Source: Candidatus Acidiferrales bacterium | GTDB taxonomy: Bacteria > Acidobacteriota > Terriglobia > Terriglobales > Acidobacteriaceae | Direction: 5' to 3' | NCBI GenBank assembly: GCA_035603035.1 | Contig: DATNLE010000379.1 | Span: 11,172 to 75,171 of the forward strand | DNA length: 64,000 nucleotides | The notes under the pieces: model-generated | Seen by the model: the letters and a program-made list of their open reading frames with translations, nothing else | Databases searched by the model: none | Told to the model about the DNA's origin: nothing | Made by a program: the position numbers and the translations under genes | Part shown: in pieces, positions 8,091-17,592 of the stretch | Layout of the letters: each line of letters starts with the position of its first letter | How positions within the stretch are numbered: the stretch's first letter is position 1

Positions 8091-10790
8091 GTGATTGGGC
8101 GGACTATTTCGCATTACCGTATTGTCGAAAGGCTCGGCGGCGGCGGGATGGGCGTGGTCTATAAAGCGGAAGACCCGCGTTTGCATCGCTTCGTCGCACT
8201 AAAGTTTTTACCCGATGCGGTTGCCCGCGACCCGCGAGCGCTCGCTCGCTTTGAACGGGAAGCTCAGGCTGCATCCGCACTAAACCATCCAAATATCTGT
8301 ACGATTTACGACATTGGCGAGCAGGACGGGCAAGCCTACATCGCGATGGAATTTCTCGATGGACTGCCACTGAAGCACCGTATCGCGGGCCGTTCGGTGG
8401 ACACTAGGACTCTTCTCTCGCTCGCCGTTGAGATCGCCGATGCTCTCGACGCCGCCCACACCCACGGGATCATTCATCGCGATATCAATCCAGTAAATAT
8501 TTTTGTCACCAAACGCGGTCACGCCAAGATTCTCGACTTCGGGCTGGCCAAGCTAACCGAGGGTGACGAGGCGGTTCTCAGCGGCGACACTTTTGGGGAT
8601 GTCACACAGTCGCCGGATGATCCGGCGCACCCGGGCTATGCCTTGGGCACCGTCCCCTACATGTCTCCCGAGCAGGCCCTAGGCCGGCCGCTGGATTCCC
8701 GCACTGATTTGTTTTCTTTCGGAGTCGTGCTTTACGAGATGGCTACGGGCGCGCTGCCTTTTAAGGGACAAACTACCGCAGCATTTTTCGACGCGCTGAT
8801 TCACAGCGTGCCGGAGTGGCCTCTGCAATTTAGCGCCGCGACTCCCACCGAACTTGAGCGCATCGTCAGGAAAGCCCTCGAGAAGGACGCCGGGGACCGC
8901 TACCAAAGCGCTGCGGAGATGAGGGCTGATCTACAGCGCCTGCGCCGCGAGGTTGAGTCCGGACAAACTTTGACGGGCGCTCCTGCCGGACAGCGGGTAC
9001 CGGATTCAAAAGATCGAATCCGTGCCATGTTCGCGACCGCTCTTACCATTGCTGCTCCGCCACCCAAGCCGAACAGGGCGCCGTGGCTGGTAGCGGGCAG
9101 CGTGGTCGTGCTGGCGGCCTTGGCGGCGGTGGTCGTATTTCTTCGATCGCCCGAATCTCCGCCTGCCATGATTTCGTCGTTGCAGATTACAAGCGACGGC
9201 GCCTCAAAGCGCTCCCTCGTTACCGACGGACCTCGTCTCTATTTTTCCGAACATGTGAGCGGCCACTCGGTGTTGATGCAGGTTTCCAGTTCAGGTGGAG
9301 AAACGGCACCTGTGCCAATCCCTCTGCCCAGCGCCGATGTTTATGATTTCTTCCCCGGCCGTTCTGAATTGCTCGTCAAAGGCTCGGCCGAGGGTTCCGA
9401 CACAGAGTGGCCGATATGGATATTGCCGCTGCCCGGGGGCTCTCTACGCCGGGTGGGGAATATCCTCGCCCACTCCGCCACCTGGGATCCCGATGGTCAA
9501 CGCATTGTGTATGCCAGGCAGTCCAGCCTGTACCTGTGCAACGCGGACGGAACTGAGTCCCGTGAGCTCATTGCAGTGTCTGGCATTCCGTTTGCACCTC
9601 GATTTTCTCCTGATGGCCGCCACGTCCGCTTCACCGTCCGCAATACCGAGCAGCGCACTTTTTCGCTGTGGGAAATTTCAGCAGAAGGGCGGGACTTACA
9701 CCCGCTGTTGCCGGGATGGAACAAGCCCGCCCAGGAATTTGGAGGAACCTGGACTCCCGATGGAAAGTATTTTCTGTTCGAATCCACACGCGACCACACC
9801 CAAAACATCTGGGCGCTGCGCAACGGCTCGACGTGGCTTCGCAAAGCCAGTACTGAGCCCACCCAGTTGACGGTTGGCCCGCTTATGTTCAGCAATCCCA
9901 CGCCGAGCCCGGAGGGAAAGAATTTGTTCGTCATCGGACAGCAACTCCGTTTCGATTTGATCCGGATGGATGGCAAATCGAGACAGTTCTCCGTCGACCT
10001 TCCAGGCGTATCAGCCGGCGAGGCCGACTTCACGCGCAATGGCGAGTGGATCGTTTACGTATCGCATCCCGACCTCACCCTATGGCGGAGCAAAGCCGAC
10101 GGAACGGCACGTATCCAGCTCACTTACCCTCCTCTGCTCGCGCATCTGCCGCGCTGGTCACCCGATGGTACCCAGCTCGCATTCATGGGTTCGCGTCCAG
10201 GAAAACCGTGGAAGATCTTCGTGATGCCGGCCGAGGGCGGTACGCCTCGTGAAGTGAGTGCAGGAAACCGCAACCAGGGCGATCCCACCTGGACGCCCAC
10301 TGGCGATGCCATTGTTTTTGCCGGGATGCCCTGGCTGGAATATGGAACCGCCGGCGGATCCAACATCCACATCGCCGACGTGAAGACGGCGCAAGTTTCC
10401 GACGTGCCGGGTTCGGAAAATCTTTTCAGTCCGCGCTGTTCGCAGGATGGCCGCTTCCTTGCCGCCCTCTCCGCGGACTCGAGCAAACTGATGCTGTACG
10501 ACGTGGAGAAAAAGTCTTGGACTCAACTCGCGGTAGCCCGATTCGCCTTCGAAAACTGGTCACATGACGGAAAGTATCTGTATGCAGAAGATTATTCCGA
10601 CGGCACCGATGACATGGTGCGAGTGACGGTGGCGAATGGCAAGACGGAACGCCTGCTCAGCCTGAAAGAAATTCCGCGCGGCTTCGATCCCTGGGAATTC
10701 TGGGTCGGCCTTGCGCCGGATGATTCGCCGCTACTGATGCGAGATAAGAGCACGCAGGAAATTTATAGTTTGGATGTGCGCTTCCCTTAG
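8091..10790 (+). CDS. Membrane Ser/Thr protein kinase fused to PD40/TolB-like beta-propeller repeats
   Basis: The Hanks kinase motifs [21 protein letters not shown] and YMSPEQ are present. One TM follows ([20 protein letters not shown]), then repeated W.PDG / FSPDG propeller motifs. The start codon is GTG. Confidence 0.85.
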   Translation: MIGRTISHYRIVERLGGGGMGVVYKAEDPRLHRFVALKFLPDAVARDPRALARFEREAQAASALNHPNICTIYDIGEQDGQAYIAMEFLDGLPLKHRIAGRSVDTRTLLSLAVEIADALDAAHTHGIIHRDINPVNIFVTKRGHAKILDFGLAKLTEGDEAVLSGDTFGDVTQSPDDPAHPGYALGTVPYMSPEQALGRPLDSRTDLFSFGVVLYEMATGALPFKGQTTAAFFDALIHSVPEWPLQFSAATPTELERIVRKALEKDAGDRYQSAAEMRADLQRLRREVESGQTLTGAPAGQRVPDSKDRIRAMFATALTIAAPPPKPNRAPWLVAGSVVVLAALAAVVVFLRSPESPPAMISSLQITSDGASKRSLVTDGPRLYFSEHVSGHSVLMQVSSSGGETAPVPIPLPSADVYDFFPGRSELLVKGSAEGSDTEWPIWILPLPGGSLRRVGNILAHSATWDPDGQRIVYARQSSLYLCNADGTESRELIAVSGIPFAPRFSPDGRHVRFTVRNTEQRTFSLWEISAEGRDLHPLLPGWNKPAQEFGGTWTPDGKYFLFESTRDHTQNIWALRNGSTWLRKASTEPTQLTVGPLMFSNPTPSPEGKNLFVIGQQLRFDLIRMDGKSRQFSVDLPGVSAGEADFTRNGEWIVYVSHPDLTLWRSKADGTARIQLTYPPLLAHLPRWSPDGTQLAFMGSRPGKPWKIFVMPAEGGTPREVSAGNRNQGDPTWTPTGDAIVFAGMPWLEYGTAGGSNIHIADVKTAQVSDVPGSENLFSPRCSQDGRFLAALSADSSKLMLYDVEKKSWTQLAVARFAFENWSHDGKYLYAEDYSDGTDDMVRVTVANGKTERLLSLKEIPRGFDPWEFWVGLAPDDSPLLMRDKSTQEIYSLDVRFP

Positions 10791-10829
10791 GCTTAGGTCG
10801 CCTGAGGCCGGCGGTTGGCGATTTCACCA

Positions 10830-11078
10830 CTAAGAATTGCCCGGACCATCATCCGGTCGATCGCCCTGTTTCTGCCGCCCCGCGCAATAGATTGCCCATC
10901 CGAGCGCGTTGGCTCCGAGCACGCAGCCGGCAATTTTCAATGAATACCCGCACGAGCTATGCAGATCAACAGTAGGAAAAATTGAGAGTACAGCGTAAAG
11001 CAGCGTCATCAGAAATCCCGAGACTGCAGCCGGCCGCAACCACAATCGCGGGCGAAGTCCACGATCTTTCCGCGACAA
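10830..11078 (-). CDS. Small two-TM hypothetical protein, possibly a C-terminal remnant of an APC-type permease
   Basis: 82-aa ORF with two hydrophobic segments (AAVSGFLMTLLYAVLSIFP, IAGCVLGANALGWAIYC). There is no upstream coding continuation. Confidence 0.3.
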   Translation of the reverse strand: MSRKDRGLRPRLWLRPAAVSGFLMTLLYAVLSIFPTVDLHSSCGYSLKIAGCVLGANALGWAIYCAGRQKQGDRPDDGPGNS

Positions 11079-11192
11079 GCAGCCATAGTGAGTGGCAACC
11101 GCATTCGCCAGCTCTTCTGCCCATCTTGTTTATTCTTCGTCAAACGGAGCAACTCAAAGCCTTGCAGCTTCAGGATAGCGATTATTTGTGAC

Positions 11193-11627
11193 TTAGCTGG
11201 AGGCTGAACTTTCGGCGGACAGCAGAACCCCCGCAAGAACTGCACAGCCGACCCCCAGAAGATGGAATGCACTCAGCCGTTCGCGCAAAAGGGCTGGAGC
11301 CAGCATGACGACAAACACAGGGTAGAGTGCTGCCAGCGATTCGACGATCGAAGCCTTGCCGCCGTGGCGCATCGCCGCCATGAGGCACAATATTCCCAGC
11401 CCGTTGCAGACGCCGTTCAACACAGCGCAGAGCAAGCTGCTTGAGGAGTAATGCAGGACCGAAATCGTGGGAAAAACCAGTGCCTGCAACAGCATGAAAC
11501 CGGCTGCTACCCAGACCATCGCGGTTTGCGCCCCAATGCGATCCACGGCCATTTTTTGCAACACTCCGACTGCCCCCCAGGAAAGCAGGACTAAGGCAAA
11601 TAGCGACATCCATAGGGAACTGTTCAT
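11193..11627 (-). CDS. EamA-domain (DMT superfamily) half-size membrane protein
   Basis: 144 aa with 4-5 TM segments and an EamA-like sequence (WGAVGVLQKMAVDRIG ... SIVESLAALYPVFVVMLAPALLRERL). Confidence 0.7.
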   Translation of the reverse strand: MNSSLWMSLFALVLLSWGAVGVLQKMAVDRIGAQTAMVWVAAGFMLLQALVFPTISVLHYSSSSLLCAVLNGVCNGLGILCLMAAMRHGGKASIVESLAALYPVFVVMLAPALLRERLSAFHLLGVGCAVLAGVLLSAESSASS

Positions 11628-11635
11628 AGAGTGAC

Positions 11636-12274
11636 TCAGAGCGAAAGTATGAACATGGCAGCGGCAGCGAAAAACAATCCCACAACTTGCACCTTGTTCA
11701 GCTTTTCTTGCAAAAATGCAACCGCAAAAAGAACCGTAACCATCGGGTATTGGGAGGTGATCGCGGTAACGATCGAGGCGTTGTAGCCCGTGCGGTATAG
11801 GCTATAAAGGCAGATACCACCGAGGGCCAACAGCACGCCACTGAAGAGCGCGTAGCATTTGCCCGCGCGGCCTTTGTCAGTTTTGGCTGTTTTTCGTCCC
11901 AGGGATCCCAAGCTCACGAGCACAAATCCGAATGCGGAGATGAATTCCATCGTGGTCGGGGGGATCTCCCTTGACCCTATCTTCGCGGTGAAGGCCCAAC
12001 CGGTCCAGCAAAGCGAGGAAGCCATCGCGTACCAAAACCATTTCGTCGTCAGCGTCCGCTTCACCGCCGAGAAGAGCGGTGGGATTTGGATTTGCCGCCG
12101 GGACTGGAGTGCGGCGAACGGATCCACATCTATATGTATCTCTGTGTCGGCCGGGTATTTCAGCGGAAATGGTGATGTTTGAAAGACAGCGATCTGTCTG
12201 GGGGCCAAGTATTTAGCGGCCCCCGAGGAGACTTCGAGCCGGATTTGATCCGGGGTTAGCAAGTCGGTTCCCAT
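11636..12274 (-). CDS. EamA-domain (DMT superfamily) half-size membrane protein (start uncertain)
   Basis: The C-terminal ~140 aa is EamA-like (SIVTAITSQYPMVTVLFAVAFLQEKL). The first ~70 codons are non-membrane. An in-frame GTG at 12064 (VKRTLTTKWFWY) would give a 142-aa protein matching the size of its partner. Confidence 0.65.
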   Translation of the reverse strand: MGTDLLTPDQIRLEVSSGAAKYLAPRQIAVFQTSPFPLKYPADTEIHIDVDPFAALQSRRQIQIPPLFSAVKRTLTTKWFWYAMASSLCWTGWAFTAKIGSREIPPTTMEFISAFGFVLVSLGSLGRKTAKTDKGRAGKCYALFSGVLLALGGICLYSLYRTGYNASIVTAITSQYPMVTVLFAVAFLQEKLNKVQVVGLFFAAAAMFILSL

Positions 12275-12459
12275 GGACTGTTATGTCATTCTAAGGAAGC
12301 AGGAATGGTCGCAAAAGTCACCTTCGTCACCGGCAGAAGTAACTATCTGACGACCCAGTCAGCTCGGAGGGAAAGGGTATCTCGTTCGAGACGAAGTGGC
12401 TTCAGAATCACGCACATACATAGGTCAAACCGGGCGCTACTGCGTTCGGCCGGCCATGC

Positions 12460-13182
12460 TCAGTCCCGGCTGCCTAAGCGTGAAAATTCGCCGATCCACT
12501 TCTTGAGCATTTTCTCGCTCTGTCGGGGTTCGAAGCGCAATCCGACCAGTCGGCCAGAGTACCAACGCGGGGATGCACTCAACGAAAAATGGCGGGCGCC
12601 GGGTAATGAAAAGTCCAGGCTGATCTCATCTGGCAGACTGACGCTCCGCGCGAGCTCCACTGCCATTCCCCCTTGGCCGACATTTCTGGTAATTCCCTTT
12701 GCGGCCATGCCCTCGGCCTTGATCCTGACCGCTGTAACAATGGGCACGCGGGCATAAGCGCCGATACCGCGGACGATCACGGACCGCGTGGCGGATACCG
12801 CCGTTTGAAAGCTAAGGTCGGTCGTCGTCTCGAGCAATGCATTGATTCCGATATCACAGAACCGAGCGGCTTCGTTCCAGTCGCCGATCCCGTAAAGCAG
12901 CGTGCGACGTGGCAAGAACCACACAGATCTCCGTAAACAGGAGACTGCGGTTTGGTTCAACCGCAGCACACATGCGGTGATTACTCTCTCATGACCGGTG
13001 TCAGGGGATTGCATCTCGACCGGGCGGACATCAAGGTTGAATGCCTTGAAGGACTCGGCAAATTTCAGGAGTAGCTTGGAATCGATCTCCAGCCCGGCGA
13101 GCGTGAGATGGTGACCTTTCTCCTTACCCGAAGCTGTTCGCCGAGCTAGAACGGCTGTGTGTGTTCCCAACTTTTTCACCAT
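12460..13182 (-). CDS. PilZ-like domain protein (c-di-GMP motifs degenerate)
   Basis: The C-terminal YARVPIVTAVRIKAEGMAAKGITRNVGQGGMAVEL...ISLDFSLPG...SGRLVGLRFE follows the PilZ beta-barrel pattern. The N-terminal ~130 aa is unassigned. Confidence 0.45.
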   Translation of the reverse strand: MVKKLGTHTAVLARRTASGKEKGHHLTLAGLEIDSKLLLKFAESFKAFNLDVRPVEMQSPDTGHERVITACVLRLNQTAVSCLRRSVWFLPRRTLLYGIGDWNEAARFCDIGINALLETTTDLSFQTAVSATRSVIVRGIGAYARVPIVTAVRIKAEGMAAKGITRNVGQGGMAVELARSVSLPDEISLDFSLPGARHFSLSASPRWYSGRLVGLRFEPRQSEKMLKKWIGEFSRLGSRD

Positions 13183-13319
13183 CGCTTAGCAGACGAATAG
13201 CAGCATAACGGAAGGACTCTCCTGTTGCCGCATTACTGTGGTTACCTTGTGAAATCCCCTTTTTGGTCGCCTACTGTTGTTTCCAGCAAACCCTAGTAAC
13301 GTAAGGTGAGTAATTTGCG

Positions 13320-16300
13320 ATGAGCTCCCGCGCCCATGCCGTGATTCAGATCGTTGCGTTCTTCTTTATTTGCTCTTTTGCTGCCCGCGCACAGAATACG
13401 GCTGAAGTTCAGGGGACAATCGTAGAGCCGAGTGGGCGTCCCGTAGTAAGCGCTTTCGTGATCATTACCAGCCAGAACACAGCGTTAATGCGCGCAGCTA
13501 CGACCAATGATGCAGGCGAGTTCAAGTTCAGTGCTCTGCCGGTTGGGCGATACAAGGTCGAGGTAAAAGCGGATGGTTTTGGTAGCTGGCAGACCGATGA
13601 ACTGCGGGCCAATATCGGGCAGGTGGTCAGACTCGACGTCAGATTGAGTGCATTGGGAGGGCACTCCGAGCTTCCTGCCGTCGCCCCATCCATGATTGAA
13701 ACCTCGAACACGCAACTCGGTGTTGTGATGGACAGCCTCGAAGTTACGCAACTTCCGCTGAAGTCGCGCAACACCTTCGAACTGCTACAGCTCCAGCCCG
13801 GAGTGCAGAGTACGTTGGGAGCAGACCTTTACTTTGGCAGCGATCAGCCGGGCGTGGTCTCGGTAAACGGAGGCCGTGCCCGTTCGAACAATTACAACGT
13901 GAACGGCGGTCCAGCGGGCGACATATTCGTGAACGCCCCCTCGTTGCAGCCTTCACCGGACTCCATCAGCGAGTTTCGCGTTATTTCGCATGACTACGAC
14001 GCGGACCTCGGTCGCAATGCCGGCTCCGTGATCAACGTGGTCACGAAATCCGGCAGTAATGCGTTCCACGGAAGTGTGTATGAGTTTTTTCGTAACAATG
14101 TCCTCAACGCCAAGGGCTATCTTGATCCCCAGAAGCCCGATTTCAAGCAGAACGAATTTGGCGGAACATTGGGTGGGGCGATCCGCCGCGACAAAACGTT
14201 CTTCTTCTCTTCTTACGAAGGACAACGCGTGCGGAATGGAATCACTTCTGATCCGGTCGTCGTGCCAACTCTCGAGGAACGTAGCGGAGACTTCTCCGCA
14301 GGGTCGGCTTTCACGGGAACACTAACCAATGCGACTGTGGCGACCCAGCTCAACAATCGCGCCGGATGTGCCTCAGCCGTGTCCGCCAATGGCGGAGTTG
14401 CCATAACGTCCGGTACTGCCTACACCGCGATCTTCCCCAGCAACATCATCCCCAAGCCATGCTTCGACTCCACAGCAGCCGCTTTGCTGAACCGGTTTGT
14501 ACCTAACCCGAACGTCGGGACCAATGTCTTCCAGGCCATCCCCGATGCTGCAGTTCGACAAGACCAGCTCACAACCCGTCTCGATCACAACCTGACGAGC
14601 CAACAACAACTCAGTTTGTATCAATACTTTACCGATGGCTCTGACGGCGAACCGTTCTCCCGGTTCCAGGCTGCCGGCGCAATTCTGCCGGGCTTTGGCA
14701 ACTTGACCCAATCCCGGTTCCAGCAACTGAACATCTCGCATAACTGGATGATCAGCGCCAAGACAACGAACGAAGCTCGTTTCGTCTACTACCGCGAGGG
14801 AGAAGGTCGATTTCTATCGCCAGAACGGACTGGGCTAGTGCAGAATTCCTGCAGCACGGTCGCCTCGGCGCTGTGTTTTGCTGATCCGGCAAACCCTAGT
14901 TTGGGCATCACGCCCGGATTAGGACCGCAATGGGAAGGCGTGCCCTTTGTATCCTTAACGGGTGGATTCAGTTTCGGCAACAACGCGAATGGATCCTTTG
15001 CTCAGGCGGGCAATGTCTACCAGGCATTCGAGGGACTCAGCAAGACTTTGGGCAAGCACACGCTTAAATTTGGTACGGACGCGCGCGACCGACGTTTTCA
15101 TCAGACGTACTACTACAACATCAACGGGAATCTCGCGTTTACCGGTGGTGGTCAGAATGATGTGGGGTATTCGGATCTTGTGCCAAACTACTTGCTTGGT
15201 CTTCCTGATACCTACTCCCAAGGTTCGGCGAACGCCTTGGATGTGCGCGCCCTCGAACTTGCGTTATTCGCCGGGGACACCTGGAAGCTAAAGAGCAATC
15301 TGACATTGTACTCTGGGCTGCGGTGGGAGCTGAACACCCCGCAAGAGGATGCGGATAAGCGGGTTCAGGCATTTCGGCCCGGAGAGGCAACGCGTGTTTA
15401 CCCGTGCCAACTAGGCGCTTCGGATCCACTAGTCGCAACCTTCGGGTCGACCGACTGTTCCCCGACCGGCCCCGCCGGATCGGTGTTTCCGCTGGGATTG
15501 GTTTTTCCAGGCGACCCCGGCGTTCCGAATGGCCTGACCAACACCTATCTGCACGCTTTCGCTCCCAGGATAGGTTTGGCTTGGTCACCGAATGGCACCA
15601 CGGGTTGGCTCTCGAAATTGTCGGGCGGCCCTGGCAAATCGAGTGTCCGGATGGGTTGGGGACTTTTCTACAACGCCAATGAGGAGCTGATCCTGGCCTC
15701 TTTCGCCGCCCAGCCGCCGTTTGGCGGGAGTACGTCCATCACCAATCCGCTTTTCAACACACCATTCCTCTCGCAAAATGGAACGATCACACCGAATCCG
15801 TTCAATGGAATTGAGAGCCCTAGCCCAGGGTCGCCGGTGGATTTCGCGCGCTTCCGGCCGATCGAGCTGTTTGGCGATTACCCAACCACCCTTCGAAACC
15901 AGTATTCGGAACAGTACCACCTGACAATCCAGCGGGAATTGGCTAGAGACACGATGCTGCAGTTCGGGTATGTGGGCAGTCAAGGCCATCGCCTGCTCTC
16001 CAGCGTGGACCAGAACTTTGGAAATGCACAGACGTGCCTTGACCTGAACAACATTCCTGGCATGTCCTGCGGGCCATTCGGGGAGGACAGCGCTTACCAC
16101 ATCCCGGCAAACGCCATTCCCCCGGGAGTGACTCTGCATCTGCCCTACGGCTCGGTACCGAGCGTAACCGGGCCGAACCCGAATCCCATTACGCTGGTGG
16201 GACTGCGCCAGCATTCTTCTCCCTTGTGTCAGCCAACCACGAGCGTGGGCTGTCCGCCGGATGGTGTGCCCGTGTTCAGCAGCCTGTTCGCCATGGCGCC

Positions 16301-17009
16301 GATTGCAAACTCTGCCTACAACTCCTTCCAAGCTGTAGTGAATCGGCGATTCGCGCACGGATTGCAATTGTTGGCATCTTATACTTGGAGCAAGTCGATC
16401 GACAACGCTTCGAGTTTCGAAGACTCCCTCGACCCGCTTAACCTGGCAAAATCGCGATCTTTATCATTGTTCGATGCGCGGAACCGGTTTGTGCTCAGCG
16501 AATACTGGCAGATACCCGACGTTTCCGTTTCCAGCTGGAGTCGCTATTTGGTGAACGGCTGGGCAATATCGGGCATCACTACCCTGCAATCGGGCTTCCC
16601 GATCCGCATTACCTCCTCCAGCGACCTGGAATTGATGGGCAGTTTCGACTTCGAGGCTCCCGGAGAACCGAACATGATTGCGCCACTTCGTCTGCTCAAT
16701 CCAAGAACCTCGGGAGGGTATTATGTCGATCCGACGTCTTTTGCCAATGGGCCGCTGGGACAAATTGGCAATGCGCCGCGCGCGGTATGCTGCGGGCCAG
16801 GTATTGCCGAAGTTGATCTTGCCGTCCACAAGGACATTCCGTTTGCCGAGGGCAAGAAGCTAGAGTTCCGGACGGAATTCTTCAACTTGTTCAATCGCAC
16901 GCAATTCCTCAACCCCGATGGAAATTTCTCGGACGGCACTTCCTTCGGCCTGGTTGCGAGCGAGCGAGACCCAAGACTGATCCAGCTTGCATTGCGGCTG
17001 ATCTTTTAG
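13320..17009 (+). CDS. TonB-dependent receptor-like outer-membrane protein with N-terminal carboxypeptidase-regulatory-like domain
   Basis: It has a signal peptide and a CarboxypepD_reg-like segment (GTIVEPSGRPV...NDAGEFKFSALPVGRYKVEVKADGF). A plug-like LPLKSRNTFELLQLQPGV follows. The protein is 1229 aa and ends in a C-terminal aromatic residue (LALRLIF). Confidence 0.85.
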   Translation: MSSRAHAVIQIVAFFFICSFAARAQNTAEVQGTIVEPSGRPVVSAFVIITSQNTALMRAATTNDAGEFKFSALPVGRYKVEVKADGFGSWQTDELRANIGQVVRLDVRLSALGGHSELPAVAPSMIETSNTQLGVVMDSLEVTQLPLKSRNTFELLQLQPGVQSTLGADLYFGSDQPGVVSVNGGRARSNNYNVNGGPAGDIFVNAPSLQPSPDSISEFRVISHDYDADLGRNAGSVINVVTKSGSNAFHGSVYEFFRNNVLNAKGYLDPQKPDFKQNEFGGTLGGAIRRDKTFFFSSYEGQRVRNGITSDPVVVPTLEERSGDFSAGSAFTGTLTNATVATQLNNRAGCASAVSANGGVAITSGTAYTAIFPSNIIPKPCFDSTAAALLNRFVPNPNVGTNVFQAIPDAAVRQDQLTTRLDHNLTSQQQLSLYQYFTDGSDGEPFSRFQAAGAILPGFGNLTQSRFQQLNISHNWMISAKTTNEARFVYYREGEGRFLSPERTGLVQNSCSTVASALCFADPANPSLGITPGLGPQWEGVPFVSLTGGFSFGNNANGSFAQAGNVYQAFEGLSKTLGKHTLKFGTDARDRRFHQTYYYNINGNLAFTGGGQNDVGYSDLVPNYLLGLPDTYSQGSANALDVRALELALFAGDTWKLKSNLTLYSGLRWELNTPQEDADKRVQAFRPGEATRVYPCQLGASDPLVATFGSTDCSPTGPAGSVFPLGLVFPGDPGVPNGLTNTYLHAFAPRIGLAWSPNGTTGWLSKLSGGPGKSSVRMGWGLFYNANEELILASFAAQPPFGGSTSITNPLFNTPFLSQNGTITPNPFNGIESPSPGSPVDFARFRPIELFGDYPTTLRNQYSEQYHLTIQRELARDTMLQFGYVGSQGHRLLSSVDQNFGNAQTCLDLNNIPGMSCGPFGEDSAYHIPANAIPPGVTLHLPYGSVPSVTGPNPNPITLVGLRQHSSPLCQPTTSVGCPPDGVPVFSSLFAMAPIANSAYNSFQAVVNRRFAHGLQLLASYTWSKSIDNASSFEDSLDPLNLAKSRSLSLFDARNRFVLSEYWQIPDVSVSSWSRYLVNGWAISGITTLQSGFPIRITSSSDLELMGSFDFEAPGEPNMIAPLRLLNPRTSGGYYVDPTSFANGPLGQIGNAPRAVCCGPGIAEVDLAVHKDIPFAEGKKLEFRTEFFNLFNRTQFLNPDGNFSDGTSFGLVASERDPRLIQLALRLIF

Positions 17010-17021
17010 GATGCAAGAACA

Positions 17022-17324
17022 TTGACGAAAAACAAGAGCATCGTCTTTTGCATAGCACTGCTGGCCGGCACCGTATACGCCGGTGAACTGCCGCGGAAAA
17101 TTGTGTACAGCGAAGATCCGCAATATCCCGAGGTCGCAAAGAAGATGGCTCTGCACGGAACTGTGAAGCTGAGGATCTGGATTAAACCGGACGGCTCCGT
17201 GCGCAGGCTGGAGTATATCGGTGGTCATCCGCTTCTGGCGGAATCGGCGCTAAAAGCCGTTAAGAATTGGAAATACGTACCCGCCAACCAAGAATCAGAC
17301 ATGGTAGTGGAGATCAAGTTCTGA
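17022..17324 (+). CDS. Stand-alone TonB C-terminal-domain protein with N-terminal signal/anchor
   Basis: 100 aa with a TTG start 12 nt after the receptor stop. PQYPEVAKKMALHGTVKLRIWIKPDGSVRRLEYIGGHPLLAESALKAVKNWKYVPA matches the TonB_C fold motif (YP...G.V.l...i..dG). Confidence 0.7.
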   Translation: MTKNKSIVFCIALLAGTVYAGELPRKIVYSEDPQYPEVAKKMALHGTVKLRIWIKPDGSVRRLEYIGGHPLLAESALKAVKNWKYVPANQESDMVVEIKF

Positions 17325-17592
17325 CCTCGACCGTCGGCGGAGCCCTCCCGTGACTACGTTTGTCTGATGATCCATCGCCATTTCAGCACGAGCTCTGCGG
17401 CTTGACCAGCTGGGTTGCTCCAACGCTAACCGTTGAGTCAACCTACTCTCGTCGGTTCTGAGGAGTTTCAACTCACGCTTGTCGCCGGGCGATTGTCGCT
17501 GGATTACCCACCCTGAGTGAAGAGGCCCGGCGAAGGCTAGCTCAGCTTATGTTTCGATGCCCTGAGCCGAGCCGAAGCGTCGACATACGGAC

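Noticed and set aside
15585-16367. 260-aa minus-strand ORF inside the first TonB-dependent receptor
   Set aside because: It is antisense to a receptor with clear domain structure and has no motifs.
17325-17592. 268-nt convergent intergenic region scanned for an sRNA or terminator
   Set aside because: It contains only short palindromes (GTTGAGTCAAC; GCTCAG...CTGAGC) with no U-tracts or recognisable RNA motif.
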